Positions 27,674 to 37,570 of a stretch of 64,000 bases of DNA are shown here, piece by piece (the stretch's first letter is position 1; each line of letters opens with the position of its first letter). Position numbers and translations under genes: made by a program. The stretch lies in NCBI GenBank assembly GCA_965240855.1, contig CBDEMG010000007.1:19-64018 (forward strand), in the 5' to 3' direction. This DNA is from an uncultured Bacteroidia bacterium. Lineage in GTDB: Bacteria; Bacteroidota; Bacteroidia; Bacteroidales; CAJPTX01. Below the pieces are notes generated by a model. That model worked only from the letters and a program-made list of their open reading frames with translations. It was not told the DNA's origin and searched no databases.

Positions 27674-28597
27674 ATGAGGTTATTAAGTTTTTTATCTGTT
27701 CCTGTGCTGGCCATACTAGCTCTGGGTTTTGCAAGTTGTAATAAGGATGACAATAAGGACACAACTAAGCCCGATATTACTCTTCATGGTCCTGAGGAGG
27801 GTGCGAAGTTGGTGATCAATCGCAAGAGTGGAGTACACTTTGAAGCTGATTTTGGCGATGCCAAAGGGCTTAAATCCTATAGAATAGATATCCACAGCAA
27901 TTTTGACAATCATGGACATGCAAGCACGGGATCTACAGTAGATATGCCCGTTCGTCATGCTAATGATGAGGGAGAGGCTTGGTCGTTCCAGAAAGAGTGG
28001 CCATTGGAAGGGCGTGCGCGTCATATCCATCACCATGAAATAAAGATAGAGGAGAAGGATGGGAAAAAGATCAAACCAGGGAAGTATCATTTTGTGGTTT
28101 ATTGTATGGATATCAATGGTAATGAGCGCCACGTATATCGCAATGTAGAATTGGTTCGTGAGGATGGGCATACCCATGGAACAGAAGCTCATTTCCATAT
28201 ACATACAATGCCAACGAACGATTCATACACGGACAGAAATTTGATAACGGTAGAGATAGAAGGACACTCAGAGGCCGATCCTGTAAAGTCTATTCGTGTT
28301 GTATTGTTGCCAACCAACTTGGTAGATAAGTCAGAGAAAGAGTGGCAGGCTGCGACTACCCCAGAGGCTTGTTTTGCGGTGATGGGTGAGATAGAAAATG
28401 CGAATGGAGCTAAAGAATTAGAGATAGAAGCTAAGATCCGTGTGGGAGTGGCGAAGGACAATCATGGCGGTACGGAAAAAGGCAAGGCATTAACTTGGGC
28501 AAAGGGTAAGTACAGAATCTATGCGGTAGGTGAGACGGTAGGGGGTACGAAATTCTATCTACCTACTAAACATGCAAAAGTGATCGAGATTAAGTAA
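27674..28597 (+). CDS. His-rich surface lipoprotein, tandem DUF4625-like domains
   Basis: Lipobox LGFASCNKDD. Two repeats of a motif like IDIHSNFDNHGH and HFHIHTMP, plus HIHHHE and GHTHGTEAH clusters. Located directly downstream of the Fur-family gene. Confidence 0.6.
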   Translation: MRLLSFLSVPVLAILALGFASCNKDDNKDTTKPDITLHGPEEGAKLVINRKSGVHFEADFGDAKGLKSYRIDIHSNFDNHGHASTGSTVDMPVRHANDEGEAWSFQKEWPLEGRARHIHHHEIKIEEKDGKKIKPGKYHFVVYCMDINGNERHVYRNVELVREDGHTHGTEAHFHIHTMPTNDSYTDRNLITVEIEGHSEADPVKSIRVVLLPTNLVDKSEKEWQAATTPEACFAVMGEIENANGAKELEIEAKIRVGVAKDNHGGTEKGKALTWAKGKYRIYAVGETVGGTKFYLPTKHAKVIEIK

Positions 28598-28641
28598 AGC
28601 AGAGATCCGCGCAATAGTAAAGCAGATTTTAGGTTATTTTA

Positions 28642-28672
28642 AGGTACAGATTTTGGTCTGTGCCTTTTTTTT
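28642..28672 (+). terminator. Rho-independent terminator
   Basis: Stem AGGTACAGA/TCTGTGCCT followed by a T8 run. Confidence 0.65.
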
Positions 28673-28756
28673 GTGTAATGACGAGATACGGTGGAGTAAA
28701 GAGATCTAGAGGGTGTGCAGTTTATCGCGTAATTCGTATTTTTGCTTAGCGGAGAT

Positions 28757-31700
28757 ATGAGGAATCTAAAATATTTTTTTTTACTGGGAGCTTTGTTGCT
28801 CTCGGTTGGCGTGTTTGCTCAACCTGTAGTATTGGAAGAGAGTGTCGTAAATCGTTACGAGCGAGCTATGGCGCTTTATCGAGCCCGAAATTATGGTGCA
28901 GCAGCCGAGGAATTTAAAGCTATTACGACTTTAGATTCGCAGGAGTCTGGTGCATTGGGGGTAGAAGCTGCTTTTTTTAGTGCGGCTTGTGTTGCGCGTT
29001 TGGGGCGTAAGGATGCAGTCTACGAACTCCACCATTTTATAGAGACATATCCGACCTCTTTACGCTTGGATGAGGCTCGCAACGAAGTCGGTTTGTTTTA
29101 CTACAATGGTAAGCGTTACAAGGAGGCTTTGTCGTGGTTTGGTGCTATAGAAGTTGGAGCACTCGATCAGGAACAACGTGCTGAGCTCAATTTCAGACGA
29201 GGCTATGCGCTCTTTATGCTCGATCGTTTGGATGAGGCCTACTCTACATTTGCACAGGTAAAAGAGAGAACCTCCTACTATCAAGCGCCTGCTACCTACT
29301 ACTATGCGCATATTGCGTATACACGAGGCAACTATAGCGCTGCTTTAGATAATTTTGAGCGTATAGATACAGATCCGTCCTTTGCCCCAGTAGTGCCCTA
29401 TTATATTGCACAGATATACTATAAACAGGAGCAGTATAGGAAACTGGTGAACTATGTAGCGCCGATGCTAGAGTCGGCAACTTCTAGTCGGCAAGCTGAA
29501 CTACAACGGATGTTGGGAGAGGGATATTTCCGTCTGGGTATAAACGATTCGGCAGCCCTAGTACTCGGAAAGTATGTAGCCCTAGTTGGTAAGGGTGCTC
29601 TAACGCGCGACGATAACTATTTACTAGGTTTGGTAAACTATCGTCAAAAGAAGTGGCGCGATGCTATATCTTATCTAGAACGTGTTCCTACTGTTGAAGA
29701 TTCGGTGGCACAAAATGCCAACTACCACTTGGGCGACTGCTATTTACAGACGGGTGATACCGAACGTGCACAAAAGGCACTAGGGCTTGCTAGTGAGCAA
29801 ACTTTTGATAAGGTGGTGCAAGAGGATGCGTTGTTCAACTATGCAAAGTTGCTCTACGAACATCGTTACAACCCGTTTAGTGATGCAGTTTCAGCCTTTT
29901 CTCGTTACATAGCGCTTTTCCCGCATTCGAAGCGTATGGACGATGCCTATACCTATCTAGGGATGTCTTTCATGGCTACGCAGAACTACCAAGGAGCGCT
30001 TGATGCCCTATCGCGTATCGGAACGGAAAATGCTACCATGCGGCGCGCCTTTCAGAGAGCCTCTTACTACCGAGGAGTAGAGTGTTTTCAGGGACTAAAT
30101 TTCGAAAAGGCAGATTCGCTTTTTGCGAAATCGCTAGCTTATAGCGAATTAGACAATATGTTGCAAGCGAAAGCCTTGTATTGGCGAGCAGAGACCCATT
30201 ACCGTCTCCAGCGTTATGCTTCAGCTTCGAAATACTACCAGGAGTTTTTACGCACCCCAGGAGCTTTCTCTCAGCCACAATATAAGAAAGTCCCATACGA
30301 TCTGGGGTATACGTACTTCAAGATGAAGGAATATGAGACGGCAGTTTCGTGGTTTCGTAAATATGTAGAAGATCATAAAGAGGATTCGTTGGGTTTGCTA
30401 ACGGATGCTTTGATTCGTCTAGGAGATTGTTTGTATATACAACGTAAGTATTGGCCCTCGATAGATTATTATCAAAAAGCTAACTTGCAGGGAGGCATTG
30501 GGGCAGACTATGCCTTATACCAACAGGGATGTGTATTTGGTTTGGTCTCGCGCCCTGAGAAGAAGTTGGAGATTTTGAAAACGTTAAGTGATCGCTATCC
30601 TAGCTCGGTGTATCGGAGTAATGCATACTACGAAATTGCGGAAACATACCATTTCTTAGAGCGTTTGGTAGAGGCTAAGGAGTACTACTGGAAGGTGGTA
30701 AACGAATTTCCGTCGAGTGCCAACGCGCCCTCCTCGTTGTTACAAGTAGGGCTAATCTGTTATGAGGAGGATCGGTATGGCGAGGCTATCGAGAACCTTG
30801 AGCGTGTGATCTCGGATTATGCTGGTACGCCCTCGATGCACGAGGCAATAGCGGCCCTCGAGCGAGTCTATCAAGCACAGGGGGATGTAAAGCCTTATTT
30901 TGCTTATCTGGAGCGGATCGGGCAATCTGAGCGCGTCTCTGTAGGTAGGAGGGACTCATTATTTTATACAACAGCCGAATCGCAGTATATGGGCGGACAG
31001 TACAATAGAGCGCGCATGTCGTTTGAGGAGTATTTGCGTGAGTATCCACAAGGAGCTGGTAGCATTGCTGCGAACTATTATTTGTCGGATTGTTTGTTGC
31101 GAGCCAGTGATACAGCTTCAGCACTTCCACACCTCGAGGTGGTTATCTCGCGTCAGCCGAATGAATTTTATGAGCGAGCTTTATACAAAGCCCTCCCCGT
31201 ATACGAACAACATAAGGAATACACTCGAGCATTGGAAGGTTACGATGCCCTTGAGCGCATTACTTCGGATGCCGTAGTGTTGCAAGAGGCTCGATATGGG
31301 AAATTGCGAATGGCGGTTCTCTCGAAAGATGAGGAGCATATCATAGAATATGCCAATGCTGTAATAGCAGACGAACGAATAGCCCCAGAGAAACAGCTGT
31401 TTGCTAAATATCATCTCGGGATGGCACTTCTGCGCGCCAAGCGGTACGATCAAGCGTATAATACCCTTGCGCAAATTGGGAGTAGTACGGGGTCTGCTAC
31501 AGGAGCAGAAGCGCGCTATCGAATGGCGGAGATTCGCTCTATACAAGGCGACTGGCCTAAGCTCCAAGAAGAGGTCTTTGCTTTTGCTCGTAAGAATACT
31601 CCCCATCAATATTGGTTAGCAAAAGCCTTCATTTTACTAGCCGATGGCTATAAAAAAGAGAAAGATTACTTTCAAGCCAGAGCCACGTTGCAAAGTATTT

Positions 31701-31834
31701 CAGTGAATTATAACGAGAAGGAAGATGGGATCTTGGTTGAGGTTCGAACGAAGCTTAGCCAGCTTACGGACGAAGAGAAGGCTCTGGAGAGGGTAGTCCC
31801 CTCCGATACAATTCAGTTTGACTTTGCACGTTAG
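28757..31834 (+). CDS. Large secreted tetratricopeptide-repeat (TPR) protein
   Basis: ORF track starts at a TTG at 28742. The ATG at 28757 gives the signal peptide MRNLKYFFLLGALLLSVGVFAQP. About 1,025 aa of recurring TPR-like A/Y/L-spaced helices (for example YRARNYGAAAEEF, YKQEQYRKLVNY, FKMKEYETAVSWFRKY). Confidence 0.7.
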   Translation: MRNLKYFFLLGALLLSVGVFAQPVVLEESVVNRYERAMALYRARNYGAAAEEFKAITTLDSQESGALGVEAAFFSAACVARLGRKDAVYELHHFIETYPTSLRLDEARNEVGLFYYNGKRYKEALSWFGAIEVGALDQEQRAELNFRRGYALFMLDRLDEAYSTFAQVKERTSYYQAPATYYYAHIAYTRGNYSAALDNFERIDTDPSFAPVVPYYIAQIYYKQEQYRKLVNYVAPMLESATSSRQAELQRMLGEGYFRLGINDSAALVLGKYVALVGKGALTRDDNYLLGLVNYRQKKWRDAISYLERVPTVEDSVAQNANYHLGDCYLQTGDTERAQKALGLASEQTFDKVVQEDALFNYAKLLYEHRYNPFSDAVSAFSRYIALFPHSKRMDDAYTYLGMSFMATQNYQGALDALSRIGTENATMRRAFQRASYYRGVECFQGLNFEKADSLFAKSLAYSELDNMLQAKALYWRAETHYRLQRYASASKYYQEFLRTPGAFSQPQYKKVPYDLGYTYFKMKEYETAVSWFRKYVEDHKEDSLGLLTDALIRLGDCLYIQRKYWPSIDYYQKANLQGGIGADYALYQQGCVFGLVSRPEKKLEILKTLSDRYPSSVYRSNAYYEIAETYHFLERLVEAKEYYWKVVNEFPSSANAPSSLLQVGLICYEEDRYGEAIENLERVISDYAGTPSMHEAIAALERVYQAQGDVKPYFAYLERIGQSERVSVGRRDSLFYTTAESQYMGGQYNRARMSFEEYLREYPQGAGSIAANYYLSDCLLRASDTASALPHLEVVISRQPNEFYERALYKALPVYEQHKEYTRALEGYDALERITSDAVVLQEARYGKLRMAVLSKDEEHIIEYANAVIADERIAPEKQLFAKYHLGMALLRAKRYDQAYNTLAQIGSSTGSATGAEARYRMAEIRSIQGDWPKLQEEVFAFARKNTPHQYWLAKAFILLADGYKKEKDYFQARATLQSISVNYNEKEDGILVEVRTKLSQLTDEEKALERVVPSDTIQFDFAR

Positions 31835-31846
31835 GAGGGGAGCAAG

Positions 31847-33577
31847 ATGATGAAGGAGCTAAAACGGATTTTGTTTTATGTATTGTTGGGTATGCTGAGT
31901 GGAGTATTGCAGGCACAAAATATAGATACTACAGCAACGTATCCGACACTTAATACGGGCAATACTAAGGTTGTAGAGGTGAATCGAGTTTTTGATCCTT
32001 GGATTAGTGATGCGGGGAAGATTAATTTCTTACCAGTACTTGACGATACCGTGGTAATGCTCCCGCATTTCGAGTATTACCTCTCTGCACGTCCCTTGGT
32101 TCGCTTACTCCCTCTCCGCACGATTCCACCTGCTAAGATGGGGCGAGCAAAAGGAGAAAAATTAGTTCCCTTCTATACAAAGCTAGGTTTTGGTAACAAT
32201 CTTTCACCTCTTGCTGAGGTTGCTTATTCGGGTACATACAAGGATCTCCTAACCTACGTTTTGAGTCTAAACCATCTGAGTAGTTGGGGACGCTTAGCGC
32301 TTGCGGATGAGAAGTTGGAGGTCTCCGCTCCATTTGCGCGCACAGATATAGAAGCGACCTTGCGTGGCGTACCTCGTAAGAAAAAGATCGCTTATACAGT
32401 GAATGGCTTTTTTAAACACGGTTATAGTTCATTCTATGGTGGAGGCGATAGTCTTAGTCGCACAGTAGATACTTTATGGAGTAAAAACTTGGGACGTCAT
32501 AAGGGAGGTGTGCGTTTTGGGTTAGGTACAACTCGAATAGATTCTTCGCGCTTTCAGTACCATTTGCAAACGGCTCTTGATGGTTATAAAGACAATTTTG
32601 ATGTGAGGGAGTTGCATCTATCTGCCGTTATGGAGGGATATAAGGATTTTAAGTATCAACGCTATGGCGCTACTTTGAGTATAGAGCACTTTGGTTTGCG
32701 TTTAGGCGAGGCGAAGCATCCGAACACCGTATCGTCGTTAGCTCCGTGGGTTCGTTTATCGGGCGAGCGTTGGCGTGTAATTGCTGGTGTAAATTTGTTG
32801 TACGATGCCAATGGTGCGCAGAGTGCGATGCATGTATATCCGAGGGGGCATATCTCCTACGATATTATACGTCAGTTCTTTGTTCCATACTTCGAACTCG
32901 ATGGACGTCTTGAGGTTGCAGATCGTTGGAGTGTTGCCGAACAAAATCCGTACCTCTTCCCCCTAGAAAAGGTCTGGAATACCTCGCGCAATATGGAACT
33001 TCGTTTTGGAGTGAAGGGTAAGTTTACCGAGAGGTTCGGGTTTCATACCTTTGGAGAATACTCACTTGTTGATAGCATGCGTTTCGCAGTAAATGGTTCG
33101 CATCCTATTTCGTTAGCCAGTGGTCTGGTAGCGCAACGATTCATAGCCCCGATGCGTTCGGTATATGACCGTGTGGCTGAGATACATTTGGCAGCCGAGT
33201 TGCATTATGCTCTGGATACGCGTATGGGAGTAGGGGGACGCTTCGATTATTGGAAGTATAGTACTATTCGGCAGGCGCGTCCTTGGCACAAGCCTCAATG
33301 GGAAGGTAAATTGTTTGCCAATTACAACCTTCGCGATAAGCTCTATGCTGGTCTGAACTTTCGAATAGCAGGAGGAGTGTTTGCTCGCGATGCTAACGAT
33401 GGGGTAGAAGAGCTGCCAGTGCTAACCGAGTTGAGTCTCCATCTACGGTATCGCTTTACAGCACATTTCTCCCTCTTTTCCGACTTGAACAATTTGCTTT
33501 TTGATCGAGCCTATATCTACAAGTTGTATCCTACACATCGTTTGCAAGCCTATCTAGGAATAATACTGCAGTACTAG
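31847..33577 (+). CDS. Predicted outer-membrane beta-barrel protein (putative porin-like)
   Basis: 576 aa. Signal peptide LLGMLSGVLQAQN, alternating beta-strand pattern throughout, and a C-terminal YLGIILQY with a terminal aromatic residue. A 12-nt gap from the TPR gene suggests co-transcription. Confidence 0.55.
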   Translation: MMKELKRILFYVLLGMLSGVLQAQNIDTTATYPTLNTGNTKVVEVNRVFDPWISDAGKINFLPVLDDTVVMLPHFEYYLSARPLVRLLPLRTIPPAKMGRAKGEKLVPFYTKLGFGNNLSPLAEVAYSGTYKDLLTYVLSLNHLSSWGRLALADEKLEVSAPFARTDIEATLRGVPRKKKIAYTVNGFFKHGYSSFYGGGDSLSRTVDTLWSKNLGRHKGGVRFGLGTTRIDSSRFQYHLQTALDGYKDNFDVRELHLSAVMEGYKDFKYQRYGATLSIEHFGLRLGEAKHPNTVSSLAPWVRLSGERWRVIAGVNLLYDANGAQSAMHVYPRGHISYDIIRQFFVPYFELDGRLEVADRWSVAEQNPYLFPLEKVWNTSRNMELRFGVKGKFTERFGFHTFGEYSLVDSMRFAVNGSHPISLASGLVAQRFIAPMRSVYDRVAEIHLAAELHYALDTRMGVGGRFDYWKYSTIRQARPWHKPQWEGKLFANYNLRDKLYAGLNFRIAGGVFARDANDGVEELPVLTELSLHLRYRFTAHFSLFSDLNNLLFDRAYIYKLYPTHRLQAYLGIILQY

Positions 33578-33583
33578 GAGAAG

Positions 33584-34555
33584 ATGGAAAAACAAATACC
33601 CCAGCTCAGTGTGATAGTGCCCGCTTACAATGTGGAGCGTTTTCTGGATAAATGTTTAGCCTCTATATGTACTCAGACCTTTGGAGATTTGGAAGTGCTA
33701 TTGATAAACGATGGATCTAGCGATCGCACCCTCGAGATTTGTCAAACATGGGCTGCCCGCGATCCTCGAATTCAGTTGATTACACAGGAGCGTAGTGGAG
33801 TTTCGGTTATGCGTAATGTGGGATTACGAGCCGCAAAAGGGCGATACTTGATGTTTGTTGATGCGGACGACTATTTGGAAAAGAATGCTGTCGAACTTCT
33901 ACTTGCTCTAAAAGCGCGTACAGGAGCACAAATTAGTTCTGGTCGCTTTGTACGTGAGGATGTAAGTGGCAACCCATTGCATACTCGGAGTCAGCTAGGG
34001 GATGTGGTAATCTCGGGCGTTAAAGCCTACGAGAAGGCTTTATTTGATATTGGTTTGCACTCCTATACATGGGCAAAAATATTTGATAGGGAGCTTTTTG
34101 AAGGAGTTGAGTACCCTGAAGGCGAGATACTAGAAGACTATCAAATAAATTTCAAAGTATTTTTGCGCGCTCAGCGGCTTGCTGCCACTCGTCGGGTGAT
34201 TTACCATTATGTCGTACACCCTAAAAGTATAATGAACGACCCGCATGCAGTGAGTTTGCGCGAGCGAGTATTTATGAAAGCCGTCTTTGAGCGCTACTTG
34301 CATGCTCAAGAATCTAAGATTTTAACAAGACGGAGCATGGCTCTTCTGCGGGTAAAGAGTATACGTCGTATAGTGCGAACTGTTTACCATCTACGTGCCA
34401 TTAACGAAGCGCAGCTCGGTTCGGCAGAGTTTGAGAATGCACGGCAATATATCTCGCAGATCTACGGGCACGAGGTAGAGGAGAGGGATTTGGCGAAGCT
34501 GTGGCGTTGGACAGCAACGCGTAAAATTTTATATACACTATTCTATTGGGCATAG
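33584..34555 (+). CDS. Family 2 glycosyltransferase, paralog 1 of 3
   Basis: 323 aa. GT-A signature LSVIVPAYNVERFLDKCL, INDGSSD, and DxD motif VDADDY. Confidence 0.88.
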   Translation: MEKQIPQLSVIVPAYNVERFLDKCLASICTQTFGDLEVLLINDGSSDRTLEICQTWAARDPRIQLITQERSGVSVMRNVGLRAAKGRYLMFVDADDYLEKNAVELLLALKARTGAQISSGRFVREDVSGNPLHTRSQLGDVVISGVKAYEKALFDIGLHSYTWAKIFDRELFEGVEYPEGEILEDYQINFKVFLRAQRLAATRRVIYHYVVHPKSIMNDPHAVSLRERVFMKAVFERYLHAQESKILTRRSMALLRVKSIRRIVRTVYHLRAINEAQLGSAEFENARQYISQIYGHEVEERDLAKLWRWTATRKILYTLFYWA

Positions 34556-34570
34556 TATTAGCGTTTTCGG

Positions 34571-35542
34571 ATGGAAAATAAGACACCAATCTTAACAATT
34601 ATAATTCCTGCCTACAACGTAGAGAAGTATCTTGATCGATGCTTGCGTTCGGTATGTGAACAAACGTTTACAGATTTCGAGATCATTTTGGTTAACGATG
34701 GTTCGACCGATGGAACTCTTTCGCTCTGTAAAGTATGGAGTATGCGCGATACGCGTATTCGTTTCTTTGACCAAGAGAATAAGGGACAGGCCTATATCCG
34801 AAATTTTGGTCTGCGCGAGGCTCGTGCTTCGCTTATCATGTTTGTCGATGCAGACGACTATTTAGAAAGCGATGCGATCGCAGTGCTCATGGAGCTAAAA
34901 GAGCGAAAGAAGGTTCAGATAAGTATGGGAGCCTATTTTTCGGAGAAGCCCGACGGATCGCCGGATCTGCAACATCGTCAGCTAGGCGATGTCGTAATTT
35001 CGGGGCGAAAAGCGTATCTTAAGGCGCTCTATGATTCAGAACTTCAGTCGTTCTGTTGGGCTAAAATCTTTGACAAAGCGCTTTTTGACGGACTTTCGTA
35101 CCCCAATGGTGAGTATATGGAGGATTTCCGTCTTAACTATTTGGTTTTCTTGCGAGCACAACGCATAGCCCATACAGCGAAGATTGTCTATCACTATATG
35201 ATCAATCCTCAGAGTACACTTAACGATGTTGCGCGTCGGGAGATCGCTAACTTGAAATATTTCGAGGTCTTTTTGGAGCGGTACGAACATGCACGAACTT
35301 CGGGAGTGCTCACGCATCGCGAATTTGTACTTTTCCATACCCGCGCTATTCGAATGTTGATCCGTATTATTTGGCGCGCTCGTCGTCCTACCGATCGTCC
35401 GCAAACCGAGCGCGAATATGCAAAGACATTGGAGGTGCTCTCGGCTGTATGTCGCAGAAAGGTTGAGGAAAAAGATCTGAAAGGTTTGTGGCTACGTGCA
35501 CGAATTATGAAAGTTCTTGCGCAGATCTTTGTTTGGTTTTAG
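34571..35542 (+). CDS. Family 2 glycosyltransferase, paralog 2 of 3
   Basis: 323 aa, collinear with paralog 1 over its full length (LTIIIPAYNVEKYLDRCL, VNDGSTD, VDADDY, WAKIFDKALFDG). Confidence 0.88.
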   Translation: MENKTPILTIIIPAYNVEKYLDRCLRSVCEQTFTDFEIILVNDGSTDGTLSLCKVWSMRDTRIRFFDQENKGQAYIRNFGLREARASLIMFVDADDYLESDAIAVLMELKERKKVQISMGAYFSEKPDGSPDLQHRQLGDVVISGRKAYLKALYDSELQSFCWAKIFDKALFDGLSYPNGEYMEDFRLNYLVFLRAQRIAHTAKIVYHYMINPQSTLNDVARREIANLKYFEVFLERYEHARTSGVLTHREFVLFHTRAIRMLIRIIWRARRPTDRPQTEREYAKTLEVLSAVCRRKVEEKDLKGLWLRARIMKVLAQIFVWF

Positions 35543-35548
35543 AAAAAA

Positions 35549-36568
35549 ATGTACGATAGGATGGCCGAACCTCGTGCATCGCAACAAGTGGCTACTGTAC
35601 CCGCATTGAGTGTCTTAGTGCCAGTATATAATGCTGCTCCTTATCTAGATAAATGCTTGGAGTCTATTTGTAACCAAACCTATCGCGATATCGAGATTAT
35701 CCTGATTAATGATGGATCTACCGATAATTCATACGATATATGCCAAAGTTGGGCAGCGCGCGATACAAGAATACAACTTTATACACAAGAAAATAAGGGT
35801 ATCTCTGCTGTGCGAAACCGCGCTTTGACGCTTGCACGTGCTCCGCAGATTATGTTTGTTGATAGCGATGACTATATAACATCCACAGCCATTGCAACGC
35901 TACTGAGTATAAAGACTCAATACATGGCGGAGATTGCCATCGGGCGCTACGTATGTGTGGATGTTGAAGGGAAAGAATTGCCTACCCCAGAGCAGTGCCC
36001 TACTTGCGTCTTATCGGGACATCAGACCTATATAAAGATATTGTGCGACGATCAGCTTCAATCACTCTACTGTACTCGTATTTTTGATAAAGCGCTATTC
36101 TACAATATCAGTTGTCCAGAGGGCGAAATATTGGAGGATTATAAAACGAGTTACCTCCTCTACCCCAGAGCTAAGAGTGTAGCTGTGACAAGCGAACTCA
36201 TCTACTATTATGTAATACACGAACAAAGTGTGATGAATAATAATAGATGGTTGGCTACCCACTGCGAATGGTTAGAAGCCTATAAACAGCGTTATCTACA
36301 AGCTATGCGCTCAGGGTTACTCTCGCACCGCCAAAGAGGATTTTGTCGAGTAGCCAGTGTACGCCATTTGGTACGCATGTTGGGGTGGTTAGGATGGTCG
36401 TTGTTAGGGAAACAACAAGCTGATGAGGATATCCGAATTGCTAAACAAAAGACTCTTGAGCTCATCTCCTATATTCGTAACAAGCAGGTGACTGAGACCA
36501 CCCTCAAGCAAACGATGCGTTGGTCTATTCGTCAAAAGGCGCTGGTAAAGCTTTTCTATTGGTTTTAA
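35549..36568 (+). CDS. Family 2 glycosyltransferase, paralog 3 of 3
   Basis: 339 aa. LSVLVPVYNAAPYLDKCL, INDGSTD, VDSDDY. Same C-terminal architecture, ending LFYWF. Confidence 0.88.
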   Translation: MYDRMAEPRASQQVATVPALSVLVPVYNAAPYLDKCLESICNQTYRDIEIILINDGSTDNSYDICQSWAARDTRIQLYTQENKGISAVRNRALTLARAPQIMFVDSDDYITSTAIATLLSIKTQYMAEIAIGRYVCVDVEGKELPTPEQCPTCVLSGHQTYIKILCDDQLQSLYCTRIFDKALFYNISCPEGEILEDYKTSYLLYPRAKSVAVTSELIYYYVIHEQSVMNNNRWLATHCEWLEAYKQRYLQAMRSGLLSHRQRGFCRVASVRHLVRMLGWLGWSLLGKQQADEDIRIAKQKTLELISYIRNKQVTETTLKQTMRWSIRQKALVKLFYWF

Positions 36569-36575
36569 TGTGTAG

Positions 36576-37421
36576 ATGCGTAAGGCTCTTTTGGCTGTAG
36601 ATCTTGATGGTACACTACTCAATAGTAGACACAAGATCTCTGCAAAGAATAGGGCAGCACTCCAGATGTGTGGAGTACGAGGAGTGGTTCGTGTAATAGC
36701 GACGGGACGTTCGTATGCAGCGAGTTTGTTGGTACTTCCTGACGATACGCCTATAGATTATCTCATATTTTCGAGTGGTGCAGGAATACTCCGTTGGAGC
36801 GATCGAGAGCTTCTCTATAGCACAATGTTCTCTGCAAACGAGGCTACAGCAATTGCTACAAAGCTGCAAGATTTGGGGTATGCTTTTATGGTTCACGCCC
36901 CTGTTCCTACGAATCATCTATTTTGGTATGATAGGGGGAGGCGAGGGCATAATAGGGATCTCTTGGCACGTATGCTACACTACAAAAATTGGTCGCTTGG
37001 CGAGGTTGGAGTCGAAAGCTTTTCGAGGGGTGTAACGCAATTTATTGTCACGACCGATTGCGATGCTGAGGAATATGAGCAACTACGTCAGCAAATGGCA
37101 TTGGTGGCTGAGACGATCCAAACGACTGCGGTTTATTGTGAGGGCTATCGTTGGCTGGAGTTGTTTCCGCATGGTGTACATAAAGGCAATGCTGTAGCGA
37201 CATTGAGTAGTAGCCTGACCATTTCGCACGCGAATGTATATGTAGTGGGGAATGATTACAACGACCTCTCCATGTTACAACACTTCTCGAATGCTTTTTT
37301 GATGGGAAATGCTCCTGAGAGTCTGAAAGGCAACTTCGCTCTAGTGAGTTCGCACGATGAGGATGGCGTTGCGGAGGTTGTGCAGCTTCTTATAGAGAGT
37401 GGTATGGGTAGGGAGATGTAG
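36576..37421 (+). CDS. Cof-type HAD-IIB family hydrolase (sugar phosphatase-like)
   Basis: 281 aa. Motif I AVDLDGTLL, motif IV VGNDYNDLSM. Confidence 0.85.
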   Translation: MRKALLAVDLDGTLLNSRHKISAKNRAALQMCGVRGVVRVIATGRSYAASLLVLPDDTPIDYLIFSSGAGILRWSDRELLYSTMFSANEATAIATKLQDLGYAFMVHAPVPTNHLFWYDRGRRGHNRDLLARMLHYKNWSLGEVGVESFSRGVTQFIVTTDCDAEEYEQLRQQMALVAETIQTTAVYCEGYRWLELFPHGVHKGNAVATLSSSLTISHANVYVVGNDYNDLSMLQHFSNAFLMGNAPESLKGNFALVSSHDEDGVAEVVQLLIESGMGREM

Positions 37422-37570
37422 CTAATATATTTATGTGTTGCTTCATGGCGATGAAACAAAAGGGGAGTAGTTGTGTTAAAAAATAACTACCTTCGTACAA
37501 TTTTAAGGCTAATGCTCCTAACGAGGGGAGTAGTAGCCGTTTTTTATGTTAAAACAACTAAGAAGTAGGG

